A DNA stretch of 64,000 nucleotides from Thermoplasmata archaeon (GTDB taxonomy: Archaea; Thermoplasmatota; Thermoplasmata; Lutacidiplasmatales; UBA184): assembly GCA_021802125.1 (NCBI GenBank), contig JAKAAX010000004.1, forward strand, positions 4,560 through 68,559, given 5' to 3'. This document shows positions 28,875-37,462 of the stretch, piece by piece. Position 1 is the first letter of the stretch. Every line of letters begins with the position of its first letter. Position numbers and translations under genes: made by a program. Under the pieces are notes generated by a model. The model did no database searches. It worked only from the letters and a program-made list of their open reading frames with translations, and was not told the origin of the DNA.

Positions 28875-30620
28875 CTAGGGCGTACCGGGCGCTTTCGGCG
28901 CTGCTGGACGGGTCGCCGAGGGGCTGCCGGCGGTCGTGCCCGCAGCGGTCGTGGTCCGGAGCTCCCTCCGAAGGACCTTCCCGACGAGGGTCTTCGGGAG
29001 GCTCTCCCGGAACTCGACGCTCCTCGGGGCCTTGAAGTGCGCGATCCGGGACTTGACGAAATCGATGATCTCCTTCTCCGTGGCGTGGGTCCCGGGCTTC
29101 AGCACCACGAAGGCCTTCACGACCTCCCCTAGGGTGTCCTGCGGAACCCCGATCGCCGCGGCCTCGGAGACGGCGGGATGCTGGTAGAGGATCTCCTCGA
29201 CCTCGCGCGGATAGACGTTGAAGCCGCCGACCAGGATGAGGTCCTTCTTCCGGTCGACGATGTAGGCGTAGCCTTCCTCGTCGATCTTCGCGATGTCGCC
29301 CGTGATGAGCCAGCCGTCCTTGAGGACGTTCGCCGTCTCCTCCGGACGGTTCCAGTACCCGAGCATCACCTGGGGTCCCCGGATCGCGAGCTCGCCCTCC
29401 GCGCCCATGGGAAGTTCCTTCGAGGAGTCGTCTGGGTCCAGGACTTTCGCGTCGGTGGAGGGAAGCGCGAGCCCGATCGACCCGATCTTCTTCTTTCCTG
29501 AAACGGGGTTCGCGTGCGTCGCGGGGGAGGTCTCCGAGAGCCCGTAACCCTCGATGAGGTTCGCACCGGTGAGCTCCTCGAACCGCTTCCAGACCTCCAC
29601 GGGGAGGGGAGCGGAACCGCTGAGACAGATCTTCATACCCCGAAGGTCCGTCTTCCCGGCGTTCGGGTGATTGCAGACCGCGGCGTAGAGCGCGGGAACG
29701 CCGGGCAGCTGCGTCGGACGGTAGGTCACGAGGAACTTGAGGAGCGAGTCGGGCTCCGGGCGGTCGGGGCTGACCACGACGGTGGCTCCGTAGAACAGGG
29801 GGAAGTTCATCGCGACGGTCATCCCGTACACGTGGAAGAACGGGATCACCGCCAGCACCGTCTCGTCGCCTTCGGTGGCTTCGGTGAACCAGGTCCGGGC
29901 CTGGACCGCATTGGCGACCAGGTTCCGGTGTGAGAGCATGGCCGCCTTGGGGCGACCGGTCGTGCCGCCCGTGTACTGGAAGACGGCGACGTCCTTCGCA
30001 GGATCGACGGGGACCCTGGGCGCGCGGGTCTTGGACCTCCGGAGGTCCCGGAACCGCTTGTAGGGGATGCGGGTGGGCAGGCTTGGGTCGAAGCCTTTCT
30101 TCTTGAGCCTGCCGTTCACGACCAGGCTGGGGATGAACGTCGCCTCCTCCTTGAGGCGGCCGACGATCACGATCGGGTGGGGGATCCGGTCCCAGACCTC
30201 CTCGAGCTTATGGGAGAGGAAGTCCAGGGTCACGAGCGCCTTCGCCCCTGAGTCCTTGATGGGGAAGACCAGGTCGTCCCCCAGGTACAGGGGGCTGATC
30301 TGCACCACGGTGAGGCCGAGTCGGAGCGCGGCGAAGTAGCTGATGATGTACTGGGGGCAGTTCGGAAGGTAGAGCGCGACCCGGTCGCCCTTCTTCAATC
30401 CCAGCTCGCTGAACCCTCCAGAGACGCGTTCGATCTCCTCCTGAAGGTGAGGGAAGCTCCACTTCTTGTGATGCCCAGGTGCCAAGGCGAAGACGATCGC
30501 GTCCCGCTGGGGCCACTTCTTCACAGCGGCTTCGAGCATCTCGGGGACCGAGGTGTTCGGGATCTCCACCTCCGCCGGCACTCCCTTGGGGTAGGACTTC
30601 AGCCAGGGGCGCGCTGCCAT
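28875..30620 (-). CDS. fadD: Long-chain fatty-acid--CoA ligase (AMP-dependent synthetase/ligase)
   Basis: About 581 aa from the ATG at 30620. AMP-binding motifs YTGGTTGRPKAAMLSHRN, GYGLSET, and C-terminal KTLVGKVLRREL. Confidence 0.9.
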   Translation of the reverse strand: MAARPWLKSYPKGVPAEVEIPNTSVPEMLEAAVKKWPQRDAIVFALAPGHHKKWSFPHLQEEIERVSGGFSELGLKKGDRVALYLPNCPQYIISYFAALRLGLTVVQISPLYLGDDLVFPIKDSGAKALVTLDFLSHKLEEVWDRIPHPIVIVGRLKEEATFIPSLVVNGRLKKKGFDPSLPTRIPYKRFRDLRRSKTRAPRVPVDPAKDVAVFQYTGGTTGRPKAAMLSHRNLVANAVQARTWFTEATEGDETVLAVIPFFHVYGMTVAMNFPLFYGATVVVSPDRPEPDSLLKFLVTYRPTQLPGVPALYAAVCNHPNAGKTDLRGMKICLSGSAPLPVEVWKRFEELTGANLIEGYGLSETSPATHANPVSGKKKIGSIGLALPSTDAKVLDPDDSSKELPMGAEGELAIRGPQVMLGYWNRPEETANVLKDGWLITGDIAKIDEEGYAYIVDRKKDLILVGGFNVYPREVEEILYQHPAVSEAAAIGVPQDTLGEVVKAFVVLKPGTHATEKEIIDFVKSRIAHFKAPRSVEFRESLPKTLVGKVLRRELRTTTAAGTTAGSPSATRPAAPKAPGTP

Positions 30621-30637
30621 CGACACGGTGTTCGGGA

Positions 30638-30661
30638 AGTGAACGTGGCTATGAACGTTCA
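30638..30661. promoter_or_regulatory. Palindrome GTGAACGT-N8-ACGTTCAC overlapping the predicted fadD promoter (candidate repressor operator)
   Basis: Perfect 8-bp inverted arms. The spacer contains TTCATAG, the TATA-like element for fadD, 18-40 nt upstream of its ATG. Confidence 0.35.
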
Positions 30662-30815
30662 CGTGGAAGGTTTACGCGGATTTTCTGCCCTCGCGATGGG
30701 TGGGAGCCCCGATCCGTCCCTGACCGAGCGTCCGGCGCTTCCCGGTTGCGCATCCCCCCCGTTCGCTCGGCCACGGACATTAAAGGGGAGGCAGGGCGAG
30801 ACCCCGAGGAGGCTC

Positions 30816-33269
30816 ATGCGTACCGTTCTGCGCCCCCGTGGGCATGGGCTTGTGCCACGATGGCTGTTGGTCTCGGCCGTGGTCGGCCTCCTCTGCGGGG
30901 CCCTGCCCTCAGCCTTGCCGCAACTCCCGTCAGAGTACGGGGGGAGCGTGGGTCTCTCTGCATCCACGGCCGTGCATCTGGTGGGGCCCGAGCGAGGAGG
31001 ATCCCCCGTTCTTGCCGCGACCCCAAACAAGGACGGCGTGTCGGGCGTGAAGGGAGGCTTGGCTGGCACCGCCCTCCCCGCGCTAACCTGGAGCAACCTT
31101 TCCGCCGTCGCTTCGGGGACCGGCCCTTCCCCCCGGGAGGGTGCGGCAATGGCCTACGACCCGAAGGACGGGTACGTGGTCCTCTTCGGAGGGAGCAAGC
31201 CGAGCGGAGCCGAGCTTGGCGACACCTGGACCTACCACAACGGGACCTGGGCGAACCTCACGGCCTCGCTCTCATCCTCGCCGTCGCCCAGGTCCGGCGC
31301 CGGGATGTCGTGGGACCCCTCCAGCACCCGGCTGGTCCTGTTCGGGGGTCAGGGAGCCTCCGGGTCTCTGCTCAACGACACCTGGGTCTTCTCCGGAGGC
31401 TCCTGGACGAACGTCACCTCCGCACTGCTGCGCTCTCCACCGCCGACCTACGCCCCCTCGCTCACCACGGATTCCGCCGACGGGGCCGTGATCCTCTTCG
31501 GGGGAGCTTGGGCCAAAGGCGCGTTCGGGCAGACGTGGGAGTGGAGGGGTAGCGGGTGGACAAACCTGACCGGCTCCTTGACCGTCGCCCCTGCGGCGCG
31601 GCTGTGGGTCGCCTCCGCGGACGATCCTTGGGATGCAGGGGTCCTCGTCTTCGGCGGGTACGATGATAACGCCACGTACTTCTCCGATACCTGGCTCTTC
31701 CATGCGGGGACCTGGACGAATCTCACACCGGGTCTCTCGATCTCGCCCGGACGCCTGATCGAGGCCTCGCTCCTGCAGGAGGGGGGAGAGCAGGGACTGG
31801 TGCTAGCCTTCGGTTCGTCCGTCTCGGGGGGAGGTGTACCGTCGGAGAATCCCTCCACCTGGGTCTGGCGTTCGGGGAAATGGGTGAACGCCTCCGCTAC
31901 GGTCTCGAACGCTCCCGCGCTCCGGGACCTGGCAGGTCAAGCTACGGTCCCGTACGGTGGAGGTGATGGGGTCGTCTTTGGAGGCGTTGGTGGAACCTCC
32001 GACCTCTCTGACCTCGAGCTTCTGCATCTCCCTCTGGACGCGAACGCCAGCGTAGGGCCCACACCGGTCCCCCTGGGAACCGCGGTCCGGTTCAACGCCC
32101 AGATCGTCGGAGGCGTTCCCCCGGTAGCGGTCCGTTGGGATCTCGGCGACGGGACGGTCAGTACGATTCAGAATGGGACGCACACCTACGTTTCCCCCGG
32201 AACCTACGCGGTCGCTTTCCTCACCACCGACAGCCTGGGGGCGGCCATCTTCGAGAACTTCTCGGTCAGGGTCGTGTCCGGGCTTGCGGTGACAGCTACC
32301 GCTTCGCCTGGGGCGATGGACCTCGGGATGCCCACGAGCTTCTCCTCTACCGTTCTCGGTGGGTCGCCGCCCTTCAGCTACGCCTGGGACTTCGGCGACG
32401 GCAACACGTCGACGGGCACCTCGCCCACGCACGACTACGGGCGGACAGGGGTGTTCACCGTCCGGCTTTCCGTCACCGACACGTTGGGGACGTCGGGGAG
32501 CGCTTGGGCCAACGTCACCGTAGCCTCCCTACCCACGGTCACGATCACCGATAACCCAAGCTCCGCCTCCATCGGACAATCCGTCCAGTTCAGCTCCTCC
32601 GTGTTCGGAGGGACGCGGCCCATCACGTTCTCGTGGGCCCTAGGCGACGGGAGCGTGACTACCTCGCCCAACGCGACCCATGCCTATGCTGCACCGGGCC
32701 GGTTCACGGTGGCTCTCGAGGTCACGGACGCCCTCGGACGATCTTCCAACGCATCGGTCATCTTGCCGGTCACCTCCACCGGGTCTCCGCTGATGGTCGT
32801 GGCCACGGCCCTCCCCTCCCAGGGGAACACCTCCACGAGCTTTGTGTTCAACGCGACCGCTTCCGGGGGAAGCCCGCCGTACACGTTCGTGTGGTCGCTG
32901 GGCGATGGATCGACGGCTGCTGGGCGGCAGGTCACCCACAAGTTCGCACGAGGAAGGACCGCCCCGTACAACGTCACCGCGAACGTGACCGACCTGGTGG
33001 GCGACCGGTCCGAGGTCTCGCTCCAGGTCCTCGTGTCCTCGGTCCCGACCACCTCTCCCGGAGGGGGAACCTCCCAGCACGGCGGTGGAGGGTGGCTCAC
33101 GACCACGGTGACCGAGGTCGTGCTCGCCGCCGTTGGAGTTCTCGTAGCGGTCGTCGCAGCCGCACTATTCCTCTCGCGGAAGCGCAAGCGACAGCGAGAG
33201 GGGTCGAAAGAAGGAGCGCGGCCGCCGCCGGACCCCAGCGAGGAGTCGGCGGCCGGAGCACCACCCTAG
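30816..33269 (+). CDS. Kelch-repeat + PKD-domain cell-surface glycoprotein with C-terminal TM anchor
   Basis: 817 aa from the ATG at 30816 (RBS GAGGAGG). Signal peptide. Kelch-type repeats paralogous to 9385..11544. Four or five PKD repeats (WDFGDG..THDY..GVFTVRLSVTD). TM GVLVAVVAAALFL followed by RKRKRQ. Many N-x-S/T sequons. Confidence 0.8.
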   Translation: MRTVLRPRGHGLVPRWLLVSAVVGLLCGALPSALPQLPSEYGGSVGLSASTAVHLVGPERGGSPVLAATPNKDGVSGVKGGLAGTALPALTWSNLSAVASGTGPSPREGAAMAYDPKDGYVVLFGGSKPSGAELGDTWTYHNGTWANLTASLSSSPSPRSGAGMSWDPSSTRLVLFGGQGASGSLLNDTWVFSGGSWTNVTSALLRSPPPTYAPSLTTDSADGAVILFGGAWAKGAFGQTWEWRGSGWTNLTGSLTVAPAARLWVASADDPWDAGVLVFGGYDDNATYFSDTWLFHAGTWTNLTPGLSISPGRLIEASLLQEGGEQGLVLAFGSSVSGGGVPSENPSTWVWRSGKWVNASATVSNAPALRDLAGQATVPYGGGDGVVFGGVGGTSDLSDLELLHLPLDANASVGPTPVPLGTAVRFNAQIVGGVPPVAVRWDLGDGTVSTIQNGTHTYVSPGTYAVAFLTTDSLGAAIFENFSVRVVSGLAVTATASPGAMDLGMPTSFSSTVLGGSPPFSYAWDFGDGNTSTGTSPTHDYGRTGVFTVRLSVTDTLGTSGSAWANVTVASLPTVTITDNPSSASIGQSVQFSSSVFGGTRPITFSWALGDGSVTTSPNATHAYAAPGRFTVALEVTDALGRSSNASVILPVTSTGSPLMVVATALPSQGNTSTSFVFNATASGGSPPYTFVWSLGDGSTAAGRQVTHKFARGRTAPYNVTANVTDLVGDRSEVSLQVLVSSVPTTSPGGGTSQHGGGGWLTTTVTEVVLAAVGVLVAVVAAALFLSRKRKRQREGSKEGARPPPDPSEESAAGAPP

Positions 33270-33697
33270 TCCTTCTCGAAGACCATCCCGATCTTGTAGG
33301 ACTTCGTCCAGTGGACCTTGTCGCCGATCTTCAGGTCCTCGGGGCGCTTCGCGTTGGGCAGCCATCCGGAGACGACGGACCCGTCGTCGAGCTGAACGAG
33401 CGCGTAGGCGTAGGGCGCGTCGTTCACGAACTCGTCCGCCGGGACGTTCTGGAGCGAGAAGGCGATGACCGAGCCGTTCCCCTTGAACGTCGCGTCCTTC
33501 AGGCTGTTCTGCTTCCCGCACCTCGGGCACTCGAGGATGAAGGTGAGGGTCTTGTACCCGCAGGAGCACTCGTACCCGACGAGCTTCCCTTCCTCCTCGT
33601 AGGCCTTGTAGAACTCCCCCACCGAGTGGGTCGGGGTCACGGGCGCGGTCTTGGTCGCGGCAGGCTCGTGTTTGGTCGTTGCAACGTGCATCGCCAT
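33266..33697 (-). CDS. DUF35 family Zn-ribbon/OB-fold protein (thiolase-associated)
   Basis: 143 aa from the ATG at 33697. C4 zinc ribbon (CSCGYKT..CPRCG) plus OB fold. Sits directly downstream of the thiolase, with RBS GGAGGAG. Confidence 0.8.
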   Translation of the reverse strand: MAMHVATTKHEPAATKTAPVTPTHSVGEFYKAYEEEGKLVGYECSCGYKTLTFILECPRCGKQNSLKDATFKGNGSVIAFSLQNVPADEFVNDAPYAYALVQLDDGSVVSGWLPNAKRPEDLKIGDKVHWTKSYKIGMVFEKD

Positions 33698-33723
33698 GGT
33701 GGTTCCTCTTCTCCTCCGATCTT

Positions 33724-34881
33724 CTACTTCTTCTCGAAGATGTGGACCGAACAGCTCCCGCCCGTCGCGCCCACGTTGTGGCAAAGGGCCCACTGAGGGT
33801 CCTTCACCTGGCGCTTACCGGCGTGGCCGTTGAACTGCTCGAAGACCTCCACCACTTGCGCCGCGCCCGTCGCGCTGACCGGGTGTCCCTTGGCCTTCAG
33901 GCCACCAGAGACGTTGATCGGCGTGCTCCCGTCGACCGCGGACTGCCCCTCCCTCGCTGCAGGGGCGGCCTTCCCCTTCGGGTAGAAGCCCAGGTCCTCC
34001 ATCGCGAGGACCTCGGCGATGGTGAAGCAGTCGTGCACCTCGGAGAAGTCGATGTCCTTCGGGGTCACCTTCGCCTGCTTGAACGCCTTCTCGCCTGCCG
34101 TTCGGGCGGCCGGGAGGGCGGTGAGGTCCGGCCGGTCCTGCAGGGCAGCGATGCTGCCCGCGCGAGCCGACGCCCGGATCACGGCGGAGGTGCCGGGGAT
34201 GTCGCGCCGGTACTTCGCGGGGTTCACGACGACCACCGCGGCCGCCCCGTCCGAGAACGGGCAGCAGTCGTACAGCTTGAGTGGCCATGCGATCGGGGCC
34301 GAGTTGAGGTAGGTCTCGATCGTGATCGGCTTCTGGAAGTGGGCGTGCGGGTTGCCGGAGGCGTTCTGGTGGTTCTTGACCGCGACCGCGCCCAGCTCCT
34401 CGGGCTTCGTCCCGTACTTCTGCATGTGGGCGCTGGCGAGCGTCGCGTAAAGGCCCGGGAAGGTCGCGCCGTTGCGCGCCTCGAAGGCATAGTCCGCGCC
34501 CATCGCGAAGTAGCTCGTCGCGGAGAGCGTCTCCATGTGCGAGAGCTTCTCGACACCCACGACCAGCGCGGCGTTGAGGAATCCCCCAGCCACGTGCACG
34601 TAGGCCTCGTGGAGCGCCGCGGAGGACGAGGAACAGGCGGACTCGATCGTGGCCGAAGGGACGTCCGGGATCCCCAGGGAGGTGTTGATGAGCGGGCCGA
34701 CGTGGGCCTGCCTCTCCGCCACACCGAAGCAATTGGACACGAACGTGTACTCGATGTCCTTGGGCTCGAGCCCGGCCGCTCGGATGGCCTCCAGCGAGAC
34801 CTTCGCTGCGGCTTCCCGACCGGTATCGGACATCTTTCCGAACTTGTTCATCGCGGCTCCGGCGACCCAGACTTCCTCCAT
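33724..34881 (-). CDS. Thiolase (acetyl-CoA C-acyltransferase, archaeal SCP-x-like type)
   Basis: 385 aa. Thiolase fold with an active-site Cys region. Typical archaeal pairing with a DUF35 protein. Confidence 0.9.
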   Translation of the reverse strand: MEEVWVAGAAMNKFGKMSDTGREAAAKVSLEAIRAAGLEPKDIEYTFVSNCFGVAERQAHVGPLINTSLGIPDVPSATIESACSSSSAALHEAYVHVAGGFLNAALVVGVEKLSHMETLSATSYFAMGADYAFEARNGATFPGLYATLASAHMQKYGTKPEELGAVAVKNHQNASGNPHAHFQKPITIETYLNSAPIAWPLKLYDCCPFSDGAAAVVVVNPAKYRRDIPGTSAVIRASARAGSIAALQDRPDLTALPAARTAGEKAFKQAKVTPKDIDFSEVHDCFTIAEVLAMEDLGFYPKGKAAPAAREGQSAVDGSTPINVSGGLKAKGHPVSATGAAQVVEVFEQFNGHAGKRQVKDPQWALCHNVGATGGSCSVHIFEKK

Positions 34882-34952
34882 GGTGGTTGCTTCCTCCGGC
34901 CAGCGTATCCCGTACGGAATCCGGACCGGCCAATGTCGCAGAGGCCGTGTCC

Positions 34953-35708
34953 TTAAGCTACTTTCGGACGCCGAAAACGCGGCGTCACATGCCCTCCCCC
35001 GGAAGGGGAGGTTGGGGGCTCCAAGGTGGGAGCGGGACGGCCCGACAGGACAGCGAGGTGTCGACCCCTGAGCTGCACCAGGTCGGCTTGCAGTTGCGCG
35101 ACCATGTCCCTCAACTTGGGCAGGTTGTTCGCGAGCGCGTCCTTGAGGGACCGGGCCGCCGCCAGCGCCTCGTCAGGGGAGAGCTCCCGGAAGTTCGTGA
35201 GCGCTACGCGCATCTGAGAGGGCAGTCGTTTCCAGGCGGCGCCGTCGAAGAGCGAGGTGGCGTGGAGCAAGACGTGGCGAAGGGGCACGGGGGGAGCCAC
35301 TCGCGGCCGGAGCAGGGTCCAACGTGCCCAGAGCTCGATCTCGCCGGCGAGGACCATCAGCCCGTCGCTCACGGTCCGCAGATCGTCCTCGACCGGAAGA
35401 AGCGCCTCATAGAACCTCCAGGGCGCGAGGTCCTTGCCCAGCGAGCGGAGTCCCCGTGAGATCTCTTGGAGCTCGGAGGCCATCACCTCCCGCTCGCAGG
35501 GTGCGAGCCATCGAACGCCCTCGTCACCGATGCCCAGGAGGTTCTCTTCCAGGTTCCGCAGGCCCACTTCGAGGCTGGGATCCGAGCTCTCGGCGAGCTC
35601 TACCCGTGGGGTTTGGCCGGCTTCCGTCAGCATAAGGTCTCCTCGATGACCGACAACAGAAGTAGGGCAGAAGGGCAGAGGGCGGCGCTCCCGGGTGGGT
35701 GCGCACAA
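34953..35708 (-). CDS. Hypothetical protein
   Basis: 251 aa. An alternative ATG at 35633 would give 226 aa. No recognisable domain. TATA-like CTTTAATAT sits about 30 nt upstream of 35708. Confidence 0.4.
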   Translation of the reverse strand: MCAPTRERRPLPFCPTSVVGHRGDLMLTEAGQTPRVELAESSDPSLEVGLRNLEENLLGIGDEGVRWLAPCEREVMASELQEISRGLRSLGKDLAPWRFYEALLPVEDDLRTVSDGLMVLAGEIELWARWTLLRPRVAPPVPLRHVLLHATSLFDGAAWKRLPSQMRVALTNFRELSPDEALAAARSLKDALANNLPKLRDMVAQLQADLVQLRGRHLAVLSGRPAPTLEPPTSPSGGGHVTPRFRRPKVA

Positions 35709-36084
35709 ATACGTATAGCTCGGCCCCGATATTAAAGCGTCCTCAGGCGCATCTGGAGGGATCGGCCCGAGCCTACGGGTTCATCCGGGCGGTGTTCGCC
35801 CGACAATGCACCGAGGAGGAACCCTGACCTGAAGCGTGTCGATTCCTCACCTGCTCCAACCATCGTGGCTCCCCGTTACAACCAGGTAACGGGCTGGTTC
35901 GAGCTCAAGCACATCCTAATACGACCCCATACCTGTGAGGGGCGAGGAAAATAATGTCCATGAATGCAAAAGAGCTGCGCGCGCCTATTGCGGCGCGGCT
36001 CAATGGAAGAGGGCCGACGTTCTACAACCGTCACTCCGACGAGACGAGCGCCTTCGGTCCCTCCGGTAAGGTTCGAGGGGAACC

Positions 36085-37071
36085 GTGACCGCGACCCCTA
36101 CCCCTTCCACTGGGGCCCCTGCCGCCACGCCTGCGACGACGCCGATCCCTGTGAGGCGAAAGTCCCACGCGAAGGCCGCGGTGGGCGCAATCATCCTCGC
36201 GATCGTCGTTGTCGCGGCCGGCTACTACTACTTCGAGCTCCGCCCCACCACAAAGACCACGGCTCCGCTCGAGGAGGGAGGGTTCGCACAGGGCTCGCCG
36301 GTGACGTTCGTGTACAACGGGACGAACACGTTCCTTTGCAGGCCGGGCCTCCTGACATTCTACCCCACCGCGACGAGCGCCGCGAGTACCACACCGTGTG
36401 AAGTCGGGGCCGCAAACCAGAGCCTCATCCTCCAGTACCCGGAGTGGGTCTTGGTCCCAGCCTTCGCTGGCCTCTCGATCTTCGGGATCACCAGCTTGGG
36501 GGCGAGCTCCCAAGGGTTCCCCCAGTTCCAGTCCGGGGCGATCCAGACGGACTGCGGCGGCGGTGGGTCGGCCACGGCCTGTGTCGACCACCCGACCAAC
36601 ATCTATTCCCCGCTCTTCACCTCGGTGGAACAGTTCCTGAACATCTCCACCGGGGTGAACGGCCTCCCCGAGGGGGTCCTCCCCACGCCCGCGCACGACC
36701 ACCTCCTCAACACGAGCACCACGTTTCCCAACGTGGAGTGGGGCACGATCGTGGTCCTGGTGATGGACCCGAACATCTGGCCGAACCGGGCGACCGGGGC
36801 CTGCACCAGCACCGTAGCCTCGAACCTGTCGAGCCCGACGGGCAACTGCCTCACCTCGATGAGCGCCCTCGAGAACGCCCTGTGGACCCACTCGACCGCG
36901 GTGAACGGCGCCAACCACGGCAACCCGATATGGCAGACCCTGGGGGCTCCGACCAACCAGGTCATCGTGCCGGGCGACCTTACGGTGGCCACGCTCAACA
37001 ATCTCAACTCGAACCTCTACATCCCCTTCTCCGTCCAACCAGGGGCACCGGCCTCTGGCTACCCCACATAG
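36085..37071 (+). CDS. Membrane-anchored secreted Cys-containing glycoprotein, hypothetical
   Basis: 328 aa, GTG start. Thr/Pro-rich N-terminus, signal-anchor AVGAIILAIVVVAAGYYYF, 8 Cys in the ectodomain, multiple N-x-S/T sequons. Confidence 0.55.
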   Translation: MTATPTPSTGAPAATPATTPIPVRRKSHAKAAVGAIILAIVVVAAGYYYFELRPTTKTTAPLEEGGFAQGSPVTFVYNGTNTFLCRPGLLTFYPTATSAASTTPCEVGAANQSLILQYPEWVLVPAFAGLSIFGITSLGASSQGFPQFQSGAIQTDCGGGGSATACVDHPTNIYSPLFTSVEQFLNISTGVNGLPEGVLPTPAHDHLLNTSTTFPNVEWGTIVVLVMDPNIWPNRATGACTSTVASNLSSPTGNCLTSMSALENALWTHSTAVNGANHGNPIWQTLGAPTNQVIVPGDLTVATLNNLNSNLYIPFSVQPGAPASGYPT

Positions 37072-37165
37072 TCGTCCTCCGCAACGGAGGGAGGCTCGGG
37101 TCGGGTTCGAACTCTCCCGGTCCCTCTCGAGGAGCATCTCAACGCGGTGATCTGGCGGGTTCGGG

Positions 37166-37462
37166 CTACCGCTCCCGGACCAGCGGGGGGACCTCGGACG
37201 GGAGGTCGAAGAGCCGTACCAGCTCGCGGAAGGCCCGGTCGGCCACCCCGGCGTCGTGGGTCTTCACGACGATCTTTCCGTCGCGGGTGACGGTGACCTC
37301 CGGTTCGCCCGGCAGGATCAGCATCACCCGGGCATCGACCACCGCACGGCCCGAGGACTCCGCCGCTGCACGGACCTTGGCGAGGTCCAGACGGAGCTTC
37401 GGCTCTGGGATGGCCTCGAAGGCTCCACCGTTCGAGCAGAGCTTGAGGGACCGGTAGCTCAC
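37166..37462 (-). CDS. Small hypothetical protein translationally coupled to the ThiI-like gene
   Basis: 98 aa. Its GTG start (37462..37460) overlaps the ThiI stop (GTGA). Alpha/beta composition (LILPGEPEVTVTRDGKIVVKTHDAG). Function unknown. Confidence 0.4.
   Translation of the reverse strand: MSYRSLKLCSNGGAFEAIPEPKLRLDLAKVRAAAESSGRAVVDARVMLILPGEPEVTVTRDGKIVVKTHDAGVADRAFRELVRLFDLPSEVPPLVRER

Noticed and set aside
36095-36125. TTCCACTGGGG motif resembling an archaeal ORB core near the long intergenic region
   Set aside because: It lies inside the coding N-terminus of the 36085 gene (encodes TPSTGAP). There is no repeat partner and no flanking AT-rich unwinding element.
37085-37125. GGGTTCGAAC segment resembling a tRNA T-loop
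   Set aside because: No 5-bp T-stem, acceptor stem or anticodon arm could be built on either strand. It lies in a convergent intergenic spacer and is probably a chance match.
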